NCBI RefSeq assembly: GCF_018977255.1
Contig: NW_024704742.1
Coordinates: 52,268,001-52,332,000, forward strand
Source: Callorhinchus milii
Taxonomy: Eukaryota
Direction: 5' to 3'
DNA length: 64,000 nucleotides
Part shown: positions 37,373 through 64,000 of the stretch, piece by piece
Layout of the letters: each line of letters starts with the position of its first letter
How positions within the stretch are numbered: position 1 is the stretch's first letter
Position numbers and translations under genes: made by a program
Notes under the pieces: model-generated
Seen by the model: only the letters and a program-made list of their open reading frames with translations
Told to the model about the DNA's origin: nothing
The model's database searches: none

Positions 37373-64000
<26,628 letters not shown>

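Overview
Vertebrate genomic DNA. The repeat content (tRNA-headed and Deu-type SINEs with L2 tails, L2 and CR1 LINEs, Penelope-type ends) suggests a cartilaginous fish, possibly a chimaera; this is inference. The window holds the tandem class III receptor tyrosine kinase pair PDGFRA-KIT, both on the + strand. PDGFRA is present from the transmembrane exon to the stop (13 coding exons, 1752-13434), followed by a ~3.8 kb 3'UTR ending near AATAAA at 17236. KIT starts about 20 kb later, with a probable signal-peptide exon at 37373-37421 and Ig-domain exons 2-9 from 44128 to the window end. All splice junctions are GT-AG and in frame. Most ORFs in the supplied track are artefacts of repeats or decayed LINEs. 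I found no new protein-coding system. The best second-look items are: a non-autonomous Helitron carrying a minisatellite plus a 67-bp mini relative; Penelope-derived ends with a hammerhead-ribozyme core and a foldback copy with a 15-bp TSD; a 2-kb 30-bp minisatellite with a higher-order repeat; a KIT D2 domain lacking the extra disulfide; conserved miRNA-site blocks and a CTCF-like motif in the PDGFRA 3'UTR; a modular SINE family; an unclassified interspersed repeat; and a five-layer nested TE stack. Repeat boundaries are approximate, and comparisons to human or zebrafish sequences are from memory, not from a search.
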